Positions 18,165-27,800 of a stretch of DNA of 60,141 bases are shown here, in pieces. The number at the start of each line of letters is the position of its first letter. The stretch's first letter is position 1. Both the position numbers and the translations under genes were made by a program. The stretch is from a virus. Lineage: Duplodnaviria > Caudoviricetes. Below the pieces are notes generated by a model, which worked only from the letters and a program-made list of their open reading frames with translations, searched no databases and was not told the DNA's origin. The stretch covers positions 1 through 60,141 of the IMG/VR virus record IMGVR_UViG_3300043579_000337; one strand, written 5' to 3'.

Positions 18165-18721
18165 ATATCTTAGCATTGGATTTGGGCACAAATACCGGCT
18201 TTGCCTACAATGATGGGGACCGATTTGTGTGTGGAACATGGCTGCTTGCTTCCGACAAAGAATTGCGAGCCCAGAAAAAAGTTCGTGGCGATAGAACCAC
18301 CGATTGTCGTGTGCGCGCCCTGTTTCATCAACTCCGGAAGATGTATATTGGGTGCAATTTCGACTGGGTGGTTTTTGAAGACGTCCAATTTTCCAGTAGC
18401 ACCATGCAAACCCAGCTCTGGTCCAGCTTGCGCGCAGCGGTTTGGCTTGCGGCGGCGCCGGATAGCTGGGCGATGCATCCGCCTGTGATTGAATGCGTGC
18501 CGACTGGCACGCTAAAGAAATTCGCCGGCCACGGCTCCGCGACAAAAGAGATGATGGGGCTTTTTCTTTGCCGAGCCGATAATCGGTTTTGTCGAATCGG
18601 GAAAATCAATCCGAAGTTTTTCTTTCGCAAGTCGGAAGACCAGCTTCAGCCAGTTGACGATAACGCTATTGACGCGGTCTGGCTGCACCGGTGGGCACAA
18701 CATAACCTGTCCAGAAAATGA
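18161..18721 (+). CDS. RuvC-like Holliday junction resolvase
   Basis: ILALDLGTNTGFA, FEDV, VPTGTLKKFAGHGSATKEMM, DDNAIDA. Confidence 0.85.
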   Translation: MNILALDLGTNTGFAYNDGDRFVCGTWLLASDKELRAQKKVRGDRTTDCRVRALFHQLRKMYIGCNFDWVVFEDVQFSSSTMQTQLWSSLRAAVWLAAAPDSWAMHPPVIECVPTGTLKKFAGHGSATKEMMGLFLCRADNRFCRIGKINPKFFFRKSEDQLQPVDDNAIDAVWLHRWAQHNLSRK

Positions 18722-18873
18722 AATTGACCGAGCTGATTAGAATTTGCCAAGAAGCGCTGATAGCGGCGGGAGATGTGGATGCCGTCGTATACAGCACAGA
18801 AGATATTCATGAACCCGAGGTTGTAGTCGAAGAAGTGATGGTCGGGAAGGGAAAAGAATTGGTGATACGATGA
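18718..18873 (+). CDS. 51-aa hypothetical protein (not in ORF track)
   Basis: MKLTELIRICQEALIAAGDVDAVV...KELVIR*; ATGA overlaps at both ends. Confidence 0.7.
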   Translation: MKLTELIRICQEALIAAGDVDAVVYSTEDIHEPEVVVEEVMVGKGKELVIR

Positions 18874-19628
18874 AAAATCCGAAACGAGTCCAACAGGCAA
18901 TCCTGATGCCGAACCGGGAAGCCGTTAATGCGGCCCAGGTATCGTTGTTACTGAATATCACGCAGTCGCTGGTCGGTTGTCTGCGGCAGCCAGAAACGGA
19001 GATGGGAAAAGAGCAATCTCCGGAAATCGACGGCGGCGCGCGACTCGCAATCGAAACCACGATAGCCAAAACTTGCAATCGGATTGATAACATACTCGAC
19101 GAAGCTACTCGATGGACTTTCGAAAACCAGCAGGCCATGGAAAAACAGCTCAGCTCGATGTATGAGCAAAACACTGCGCTGCTTCGGGCGCAAACCCGGC
19201 TGGCAGAAGAAGCAGTAAAGCCACACGCCCGATACCGGCCGAAGCTTTATCGGTTCAACGGGGTCTGGGTCGCAATACTCGGCGACATTGACGATATCGA
19301 CAGCGCGATTTGCGGGCTCGGCGATACGCCCCAGGAAGCACTAATTGCTTTCGATGGATTTTTTACTGGACAAGTTCCGGAACATTTGGCAAGCTGGTTG
19401 CAAGCGGTCGAAGCTGCGAACCGTGCCGGTGTTGAACCACCTGCGTATCCCACTTACAAATCAAACAATGAAAAATCAAAACTGGACGGAAAAACAGATA
19501 GCCCGTCTGAGCCAACTCAAGGCCCAGGGGAAGACTCACAAGGAAATAGCCCAGATTATGGGCCGGACGGTGACGGCAATCAACCGCCGAATCGACCGGA
19601 CGGAACCGGTGGTTCCCACGCCATCTGA
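18870..19628 (+). CDS. hypothetical protein
   Basis: 252 aa; GLGDTPQEALIAFD is a HicB-like beta-alpha motif; the tail overlaps the next gene by 161 nt. Confidence 0.7.
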   Translation: MKNPKRVQQAILMPNREAVNAAQVSLLLNITQSLVGCLRQPETEMGKEQSPEIDGGARLAIETTIAKTCNRIDNILDEATRWTFENQQAMEKQLSSMYEQNTALLRAQTRLAEEAVKPHARYRPKLYRFNGVWVAILGDIDDIDSAICGLGDTPQEALIAFDGFFTGQVPEHLASWLQAVEAANRAGVEPPAYPTYKSNNEKSKLDGKTDSPSEPTQGPGEDSQGNSPDYGPDGDGNQPPNRPDGTGGSHAI

Positions 19629-20706
19629 ACTTTCCGAGCAGCTCGAATACTGGAAGTCCAAGGCGCGGTCTATTGAACGCGACTTGGCTGCGGCCAGCAA
19701 ATCGTCCGTTGCGGTCGATATGCTTTGCGAACAGGTCCGTGAACTGGCCCCAAAAAGTTATACAGCATCACCGGCGCAGACTGCGCTGCGGAAACCTCAA
19801 TCTCATGGCAGCCCGCAGTCCGCCGTGATGCTGTTCTCCGATACGCACATCGGCGCCGTGGTAAAGCCGGAACAAACGCTTGGGCTGGGTGGCTACAATT
19901 TCGATTTGTTTTTACGTAGACTGTGGCGACTGGAAACTTCCATCGCCAGTATCCTGCAGGACCACACGACGACTGCCGTGCCGGAAATTGTGATTCCGAT
20001 GCTGGGTGACCAAATCGACGGCGCCCTGGAGCACTCGGCAGAGTGCGGTCAGCTCAATACTTTGCTGGCGCAGTTTTACTCCGGCGGGCATGCGATTGCC
20101 CAATTTTTCCGTAACCTGAGTCGGCTTGCGCCGCTTCGGATTTACGGAACGGTCGGCAATCACCCCCGCTGGCAGAACCAAAAGAAGATGCCGACGAAAA
20201 ATCGAAACAGCAATCTCGACATGTTTCTTTATCTCTACATCGAAGCGTTGTTGCGCGACGTTCCGAATATCAAGTTCCATTTCGACTGGCAGCCCTTCGC
20301 CTGTTTCAACGTTCAGGGGTTCCCGTTTTTCTGCGGGCATGGCGATAATCTCCGCGGCGGTGACAAAATGCTCGGCGTTCCGAACCACGCCATCGGACGC
20401 AACGTCAGCACAATGACGCAGCTTTTCACGCGCGCAGGCAAGGATACGCCGGCATATTACTGCTACGGGCATCTGCATCGGCCGATTACGCTTCCACACA
20501 GTAAAGGCGAGGTCGTGGTAAATGGTAGCTTTGTGGGCATCGATGGTTTCGCGCTTTCGGAAGCGTTCAACTCTAGCCACCCGTTACAACGACTGTTTCT
20601 GATGCACCCGAAGTATGGCCGTTCTGCGTGCTATGACTTACGGCTCGACCTGGGCGACAACACGGCGCACGGCTACAGCCTTCCAACCGCTTTTGAATGT
20701 AAATGA
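19468..20706 (+). CDS. HTH-fused calcineurin-like metallophosphoesterase
   Basis: N-terminal WTEKQ..RL..L...G.T..EIA..MGRT..AI (GcrA/Myb-like); SDTHIG, GDQIDG, GNH, HGD, GHLH. Confidence 0.85.
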   Translation: MKNQNWTEKQIARLSQLKAQGKTHKEIAQIMGRTVTAINRRIDRTEPVVPTPSELSEQLEYWKSKARSIERDLAAASKSSVAVDMLCEQVRELAPKSYTASPAQTALRKPQSHGSPQSAVMLFSDTHIGAVVKPEQTLGLGGYNFDLFLRRLWRLETSIASILQDHTTTAVPEIVIPMLGDQIDGALEHSAECGQLNTLLAQFYSGGHAIAQFFRNLSRLAPLRIYGTVGNHPRWQNQKKMPTKNRNSNLDMFLYLYIEALLRDVPNIKFHFDWQPFACFNVQGFPFFCGHGDNLRGGDKMLGVPNHAIGRNVSTMTQLFTRAGKDTPAYYCYGHLHRPITLPHSKGEVVVNGSFVGIDGFALSEAFNSSHPLQRLFLMHPKYGRSACYDLRLDLGDNTAHGYSLPTAFECK

Positions 20707-21029
20707 AAAAACCACTTCAATACGTTGAACGTCAAACGTTTCGACAAGAGCCGGATTGTTATGATGGTCCGCAATGCGACAAACACCGACCTCGATGGAT
20801 GACAAGCTATCCGAAGGAAGGAGACGAGGAGGATGGGGAAATTTTAAAACTGGAAATCCCGGCTAAAATGATGCCGCCCGGCTCACGAGTTACTATTGAG
20901 GTTCCTTGCTGCCCTAAGTGTGGCGAGCCGGCGGATATGTTTACTGACTGCCTAGAAGAACATGCCGTGTGGCCAAAATGCAAATGCGGATTTTCTTGGC
21001 GTAGCTGGGTAGAAGATAATTTTTCATAA
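20703..21029 (+). CDS. Zn-finger hypothetical protein
   Basis: CPKCG...CKCG; last gene of the + arm. Confidence 0.65.
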   Translation: MKKPLQYVERQTFRQEPDCYDGPQCDKHRPRWMTSYPKEGDEEDGEILKLEIPAKMMPPGSRVTIEVPCCPKCGEPADMFTDCLEEHAVWPKCKCGFSWRSWVEDNFS

Positions 21030-21659
21030 GGGGCTCTTCAGTATATTGTTTAATATCCTACCGGCGCCGGGCTTCGGACCCTCGCTCGGTCGGCCTAACG
21101 TCTGATTTTTAATCCGGGCCTTCGTCAACGCTTCTTGCGAACTGGCCGGCAGCGGAGCCGGCGGTCGGACGGGAGAACCCATTTGCGCACTGGCGGCTGG
21201 CGTATTACCAGCGAGTCCCGCGGGCGGTTGTGCACTGAGGACCGGATTATTTTCGCCTGAGCCAGCGACCATCTGATTCACGGTATCAAATGGGGGCGCT
21301 ATTTCAAGCAGTTTGCCTGCTTGGTCGGCCGCTTTGAGCTGTTCCCCATTAATGCGAAGCTGATTGAAAATGACTCCCAGGTCGCCGCCCAGACTCCGAT
21401 ACAGTCCCATTCCCGCCTTCAGCAGCGCATCCTTATTCTGGCTAATCAGCTTCGCTTCTGGCCGTTTGGCGAAGTCGGTAAGCGAGGCCGAAAACGCGGC
21501 GGGTTGGCCGGAGAATACGGCTTGCATGGCCGGGATTTGCAGAAGTTCGTTCGGCAGGCCGGAACCACCTGCGGCCGGCTGTTCCGGTGCGCCAGGGGTA
21601 GTGGGTTCTACAGGTGCGGGTGATGCTTCGGGAGTTCGGGGCTCAACAGAAATAGCCAT
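21024..21659 (-). CDS. hypothetical late protein (possible virion protein)
   Basis: 211 aa; late box upstream; begins MAISVEPR. Confidence 0.75.
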   Translation of the reverse strand: MAISVEPRTPEASPAPVEPTTPGAPEQPAAGGSGLPNELLQIPAMQAVFSGQPAAFSASLTDFAKRPEAKLISQNKDALLKAGMGLYRSLGGDLGVIFNQLRINGEQLKAADQAGKLLEIAPPFDTVNQMVAGSGENNPVLSAQPPAGLAGNTPAASAQMGSPVRPPAPLPASSQEALTKARIKNQTLGRPSEGPKPGAGRILNNILKSPL

Positions 21660-21662
21660 ACA

Positions 21663-21836
21663 CTAAACAGTGTCCGAATCCCGTCGCGGAAGGGGGTTTA
21701 CTTCGACGCTGGACTTGGGATACAGTCGCGCCGCCAGTTCATCCCAAAACTCCTGGGCGAACGGCTCGGAATACGCAATGCGCACGGCAGCGAGCAGTTC
21801 CGCGTCCGTCAGTTCAACTTTTTTCTTTTCGGCCAT
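21663..21836 (-). CDS. hypothetical protein
   Basis: 57 aa, MAEKKKVELTDAELL...; starts 1 nt after the upstream stop. Confidence 0.6.
   Translation of the reverse strand: MAEKKKVELTDAELLAAVRIAYSEPFAQEFWDELAARLYPKSSVEVNPLPRRDSDTV
21665..21673 (-). promoter_or_regulatory. late-gene box ACACTGTTT
   Basis: ACACTG ends 8 nt before ATG 21659. Confidence 0.55.
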
Positions 21837-21837
21837 A

Positions 21838-24800
21838 TTATTGTATTTCCCCGGCATCGGACCGGCGTTCCAGCTCCGCTTTGGCCGTATCAATGTCAGT
21901 GATTCCTGGCAAGAATCCCGAGTATTCTCCCTTCACCACAAACGACAGTCCTTTGTCTGGAGAAATTCCAGGATAGATGAGGACCATACGACTGGGAGCC
22001 CTTGAGCGCTTTAGCTTGGCCTGCCACACTTCCCAGGTGTTATAGGGGGCTTCGCTATTGTAAGGCCATTTGACCTGTTCCCACTTTACGGGCTGTGATT
22101 GACTTTTCACCGACTGTATCCTACCACGGGGCTCGACGGAAATCAACTCTTTCTCTGGAGTTTCTCGTGCCTGAATCTCGGCGCGCAGCCGGTCGGTCTT
22201 CTTGAGTTCTTCGCGGAAGTCGCCCAGGTCGAGCCTCGACCACCCGTTGTCATTCCAAAGCTGCTTTTCGGCAAACCACACCGCGGCTTGAAGCTCAGAG
22301 GGCTTGAGTCCAAGCTGTTCCGCGGCATTGCGGAAAATCGATTGGGCAAACGCGAAATCTTCATCGGAAACGCCGCGTTTATTAACGGGCATAATCCGCC
22401 ACCGCTCCGCGAAACCCTCGTATCCCAGCCGGCGCAGTGTTCGGTCCGCCCACAAGTCAATCGTAGCCTCCGTCCCTTCGCCGAGCAAATTCTCGACAAA
22501 GTTTTTGACTTTCGGTCCTTTGTTTTGTTCCAGCCACCGGCGGGCAGCAACTTGCAACACAGGAATCGAGTTGATGCCGAAAAGCTTGCCATTGCTCTGC
22601 CGGGGTTTGATATCGTGCGACTCAATCCAGCGCGCCATAAACGCGGCGGGAGTCGGCTTGGCCGGAGGATTTTTAATCCGTCCGGCATTCAGTTCGCGAT
22701 TATACCAGCTCAGCCATTTTTCGTCGGCAATCATCTTGAGGGCTTGCTCGAATTTTGCGATGTGCTTTTTGAACCGGCCGGACTTGAATCCTTCAAGTGC
22801 GTCGAGCGCAAATTTGAAATTTGACTCAACGGATGTTTGCGGACTGGTTGCCGCGAGTAGCTCGGCAAAAATTCGGGCATCGGTGCCAAATCGGGACTTT
22901 AGCTGCTCGGAAAATTCGGAATACCACTTCCGGCCCATCTGGTATTCCGGTGTGTTTTCTTTTTCTCGTGCAAACTCAACCAGGGCATCGGAATATACTT
23001 GCTCTGGGTTATCGACGTTTTTAATCAACGGCGCATTGCGTATGTCGGATGGAATTTCTTCATCCCGTTTGCGCGGAACGATGGCTTCCGGAAAATGTTC
23101 TTGTAGTTCCGCACGACTCATGTTACCGAGCTGCGAGGTAGTCAGAAAAGCTTTCTTCGTTGACTCCGGAAACCCGGCGAATTCCGGCTGTTCCTCTGCC
23201 GCCGGCTGGAACTGTCGCGCGCGTGCCTGGGAAATCCCGGTTACTTGTCCCCCGGCGACACCGCCGGCGGGAGCAGTTTCCATAAACGGAATCGAGCTGA
23301 GTCGCTCGGTGTCGGAATTCATGGTATGAAACTTTACTGACTCGCTATCAGCGACTGCGGAAACATCGTCGTTGAACAGCTCCACTCGAAGATTGTCGAT
23401 TCGGTCCAGGTTCGTTTCTACGAATTGCTGAATCGCGGGCCGAAGCTTCGGCCAATCGGCGGCTCGCGCTTCGACAGTTAGCTGTCCGCCGTTCCGCGCA
23501 TAGTTGAGCCGGGCAAAGCCTTTTTGCAATGCCTGGACTCGCGAGTCCGCGTCCGCAGTTACCCCGGTCGAGATTCCGTAGGTATCAGCGTTTTCGTTCA
23601 GCCACTCGTGATGCCATTTACTACCGAGCTGCACCGGTTCACCGGTCGGCAGTATCCACGCTTTGCTAAAAAATCCGCCACCTTTTGGCGTGCGCAACGT
23701 CCATTCCGGTTCGCCTTCGGGTTGGAATTGCGCTCTGCCGCGGGCTTCTTGAATCAGTTCATCCGGAATGATGATATTTTTCTGCTCGGCGAATGGGCGT
23801 TCCGTCGGTCCGAGGTATCCCGGTTCGCCACGTGACGGAATGCTACCTTCCGAATTTCTGAGATGCGCTCCGTAGTTCACCCAACTGTTTTGTGCCAGGG
23901 TTTCTGCCGCTAGCGCCCCTTGGGCGGCGGGGCTAAACATTTCCGAGTGGGAAACCCACGCATTCAGTTCACCGCGAGGACCGAACTGGTGACCTTCTTT
24001 GGCATGCCCGAAAAAGTCATGCACCGCACGAAAAACGTCGTTGACGCTCAGCTTCCGGTCGCCGATGGAAATTCCGGAGTCCCGGAGCATAAGGTTTCCG
24101 CCGGCATCGTCGAACGCGCCTTCAGTGGGGAGAAAATATAGGTGTTTGTTGTTGCGCACGTCGGCAACCATCTCCGCGCTGGACTTATACGGCTCGCCGG
24201 CGCCAGTCCAGGGCTCAATATTATACCCGGCGTCCGCGATAGCGCGGTATTGGGCCAGGGTCTCGCCGCCGAGTGCAGTATAAGACTGAGCCACGTTGGG
24301 GTCGGACGGTGCGTGCTGCGCGGCTTCGTAAATATCGGCCAGCCGTTTGGCGAGGCTTTCGTTGACGGGAATCGTTTCGCCCGTTGGCGCGTATTCCACA
24401 CCAGCGGACTTCGCGTATTTTGTTGCCAGTTCACGAATGCCTTCATCGGCGCTTACTTTGGCCGCAGTCGGCTGGGCCTGGAACTTTGCCACCATTGACT
24501 CGCGTGTGGCTGGTGTTCCGAGCGGGACCGGCGGGTTGTAATTCGGGTCGACCATCTTTCGAATGCCCGGAACTGCGGACCCATCATTGGTATTTTCCAG
24601 GTTTCGGCCGGTAGCGGCTTCGTATGCCTCGCGCGCGGCTTGCGCCCGCCCAATTAGTTCTAACCGCTGGTCTAAATCGCCAGACTTGGATGCTTCCCGC
24701 AGCACTTCTGTGGTGTGACGGAGTGCCTGGACGTCTTCCATCGACTTCGCCTGAGCGCCCAAATCCCACGCCCATCCCGTGAGTCCGGCTCCTAGCTTGC

Positions 24801-27800
24801 CTTTATAGTTCCGAACGGTATTCAGCCATTCTTCTGGCGGCATTTCAATAAGTCGACGGGCGGTTTCGGCGACTGGTTGGAATTGACGAACGGCATCAAA
24901 ATCTAACGACTCTAGCTGCGGTCGGTCTATACCAAATCCTGGATGCGAAGTATGCTCACGGCTTAACTTCGCTAGTTTTTGTGCGTCTTCTGACGATATC
25001 TGGTTCAGCTCTTCGGCGCGCTGAAACGCCCGCTCACGATTTAAAAATTCACCCGTATTGGTAGTGAATCCATCTTCAAACCGCGATTCAGCTAGTGCTT
25101 CGTTTCTCGTAACGAGGTCTAACCCTAATGCATCCACTGCTTTGTCTCGGGCGTCTCCGTGCCAAGACCCTTCAAAAATTCTACCAGTTTGTTCATCACG
25201 AACTGCTGCCGCCTTCACCGCGCGCGGGTTCGCGCTGGGCTGGAAACCGGCGGTCAACGTCAGCGTGTTTCCGCGGAACTGCGGCAGCTCCGGCGCTAAC
25301 TCAACCTCCTTGATATTTTCGAGATTCAGTTTTTGGATAGCCTCGATAAAGCTGGGCAGTTCCACGCCCGCTTGTTTGGCGGCGGACTCAATGGCGGCGC
25401 GCGCGGGGTTCACTTCGAGTATCGACCGTCCTTCGATGCCTAACTCGGCGGCTTGCTTTCCGGCGAATTGCGGCTTTGGCTCAACCGGCACGGACAACCG
25501 TTGCGGACCACGCGCCGTCGCGATGGAAATTTCCTGGCCGGCGATGTTGAGTGGTAGCTTTCCGCTGGTGATACGGGGGCTCTCCGGTAACTTGAAATTA
25601 AACAGCATGTTGACGACGTCGGCGTTCGGCTGCGCGAGTGCGCTCGCGCGCGCGGGAGTCGACGGAGGGGCGAAAAATCCACGTTCGGTAACCCCGGCCG
25701 GAACGACGAGGGGCTCACCAGCGCCGGTTTGACCGGCCATCTGGTTTCGGACGAAAGTCTGGGTATCGTCGAAAAGTTGCCGCCAGCCCGCTTCTGAAAA
25801 GGTTTTGTTGGCAGCATCGAGCTGATATGGAGTGAGATTTTCCCCACCAGGAATCTCGGACAACGCGCGCGCCAACTTGTGAGCATTCGCAGCGAAAACT
25901 TCTGGCGCCCAGCCCATTACTTGGTATCCCGACTTGGTCTTGATGACCCGCTCCGGGAAAAATGATTTTTCCCACAACGAACGGGCCGCTTGCGGCATGG
26001 TCCGAAACGCTTCAATAATTTCGCGACGCGCGGTTCGGTTCGAGGTCGTTGCCGCGGCGGGTTCGCCTGGGGCGGATAAATAGTTGATGCGCACGCCGGC
26101 CTGTTGGGCAATCGCTTCGGCAATCTGGCCGAGCAGCTCGCGCGGTGACCGGGTTCCGCCGGGGATTGGTTCTTCCGGCGCGGATTCCGCAAGGGTGCGT
26201 GCCTCGTCGGCCACTTGTTGCCGGCCTTCCGGGGTAACTGGTATTCGGCCTTTTGGCGCGGCTGGCGTGGCGGGCGGTGTGGCCGCACGTGGCTGCACTA
26301 CGGGCTGTTGTTTGCCGCGGGCGAGTTCTGAAACCCGCTCCGTAACCGCAAACCGCGGCTCGATTTGGCCGATTTCCGTTCGTCGTCCAGCGAGCGGTTC
26401 ACCGCCGAGAGCACTGACGAAGTTTCCAACAACGCGGGCGAGACGTTGCGGAATAGAAGTGCCAGGAGTAAGTCCAGCACCTTGCTGTTTAAACACTGCG
26501 TCGAAGTTCTCGGCCGCAAGCTCGCGCGCGATGTAGCGGTCCGCTTCTGCTTTAGCTTCGGCGGGGGATAATATTTCACGCCAAAATTGATTTGGGTTTG
26601 CATTGGGGTTTCGTGATTGGGCTTCATTGAAAACTCTAACTAATTCCGGGTCGGCCAAGTCGCGGACTTGCGCTTCAGTCGGCGCGGCGCCGGTTTCAGC
26701 TTCAAGCCGATTGTAAATATCGGAATAGATTTTTTCTTTTGCCGCGTCGAGTCCCCAGCCGGACTCATCGAGGATTACTTCTTCCCAGGCTCGGTTGCCC
26801 AGGTCGCCTACAAGTCGCTGCGCGTATCGGTTACCTTCGGCATCCCACCGGTTGCCATATTCTTGGCGGATTAGAGTATCGAGTTCGCGATTCGCCGATT
26901 CTCCGAGCACATCTTGGAACGCATGGAACGATTCGTGAGGCGTTGCTTCTACATTGCGCGCCACGATGACACGTCGAGGATTGCCGGCGCGGTCGGGTAA
27001 ACTGGTGGTGAAAAAACCTTCTTGCTGCGAAAATTGTTTAGCGGTATTCGCATCGACTCCCGAATCGATTAGCACACGTTCGAGCGTAGGGCCGTCTGGC
27101 GCCAGGAATACATCGGTGTTGACGTTTGCCCCACTCGCGAATTGCCGGACTGCGTTGAGCCGCGCGCGCACACCTGGGGGAGCCGCCGAATACGCCGCTG
27201 AGTGCATGGCGTCGAGTGAGGGAAAATTTCCAGAAGACGTTACCGGTGTATCGATGCCGTATTCACGAGGCGCGATTAGCTGGCCACTCAGCACTCGGCC
27301 CGCAACCCGCTTCGCGGCACCGACTCCGCCGAGCACGGTCCCAATTCCGACGGCACCTTCCGTTTGCTGCGGTGTCTCCGACGATACAGCCGCCAGACCG
27401 AGGTCGGCCGCAGTGCCAGAGACAATTTCACCAACCGCGCCCGGTAGCGCACCGGCCACGTCTTTAATTCCTTGCGCCGTCGCCGACACAATGGGTTTTC
27501 CAGAAACTTGTCGTCCGACTTCCTGAATTGTTTGCCCGGCGCGCTGAACGCCCTTTCCCACAACTTGCGCCGTCCGGCCTGCGGCCGTCCCGCCGCCCAT
27601 AATCGCGAGTGCGGAAATAGGTGCCCCCGAGACCGCTGCGCCAACGGCAGATGCAATCGGCGCCGACTTTCCGGCAACTTGCAGCGCTTGACCACCAAGT
27701 TCGGTAAGCTTGCCAGCCGCTTGAGTTGCTACGCCGGCCGCTTTTTCGGCACCGGCGGCAACTCGTTGTCCGACTTGAGCAGCCGCGGTTCGTGCGACAG

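Noticed and set aside
21024-21029. Bidirectional terminator at the arm junction
   Set aside because: The convergent genes overlap by 6 nt and no convincing hairpin with a U tract is present.
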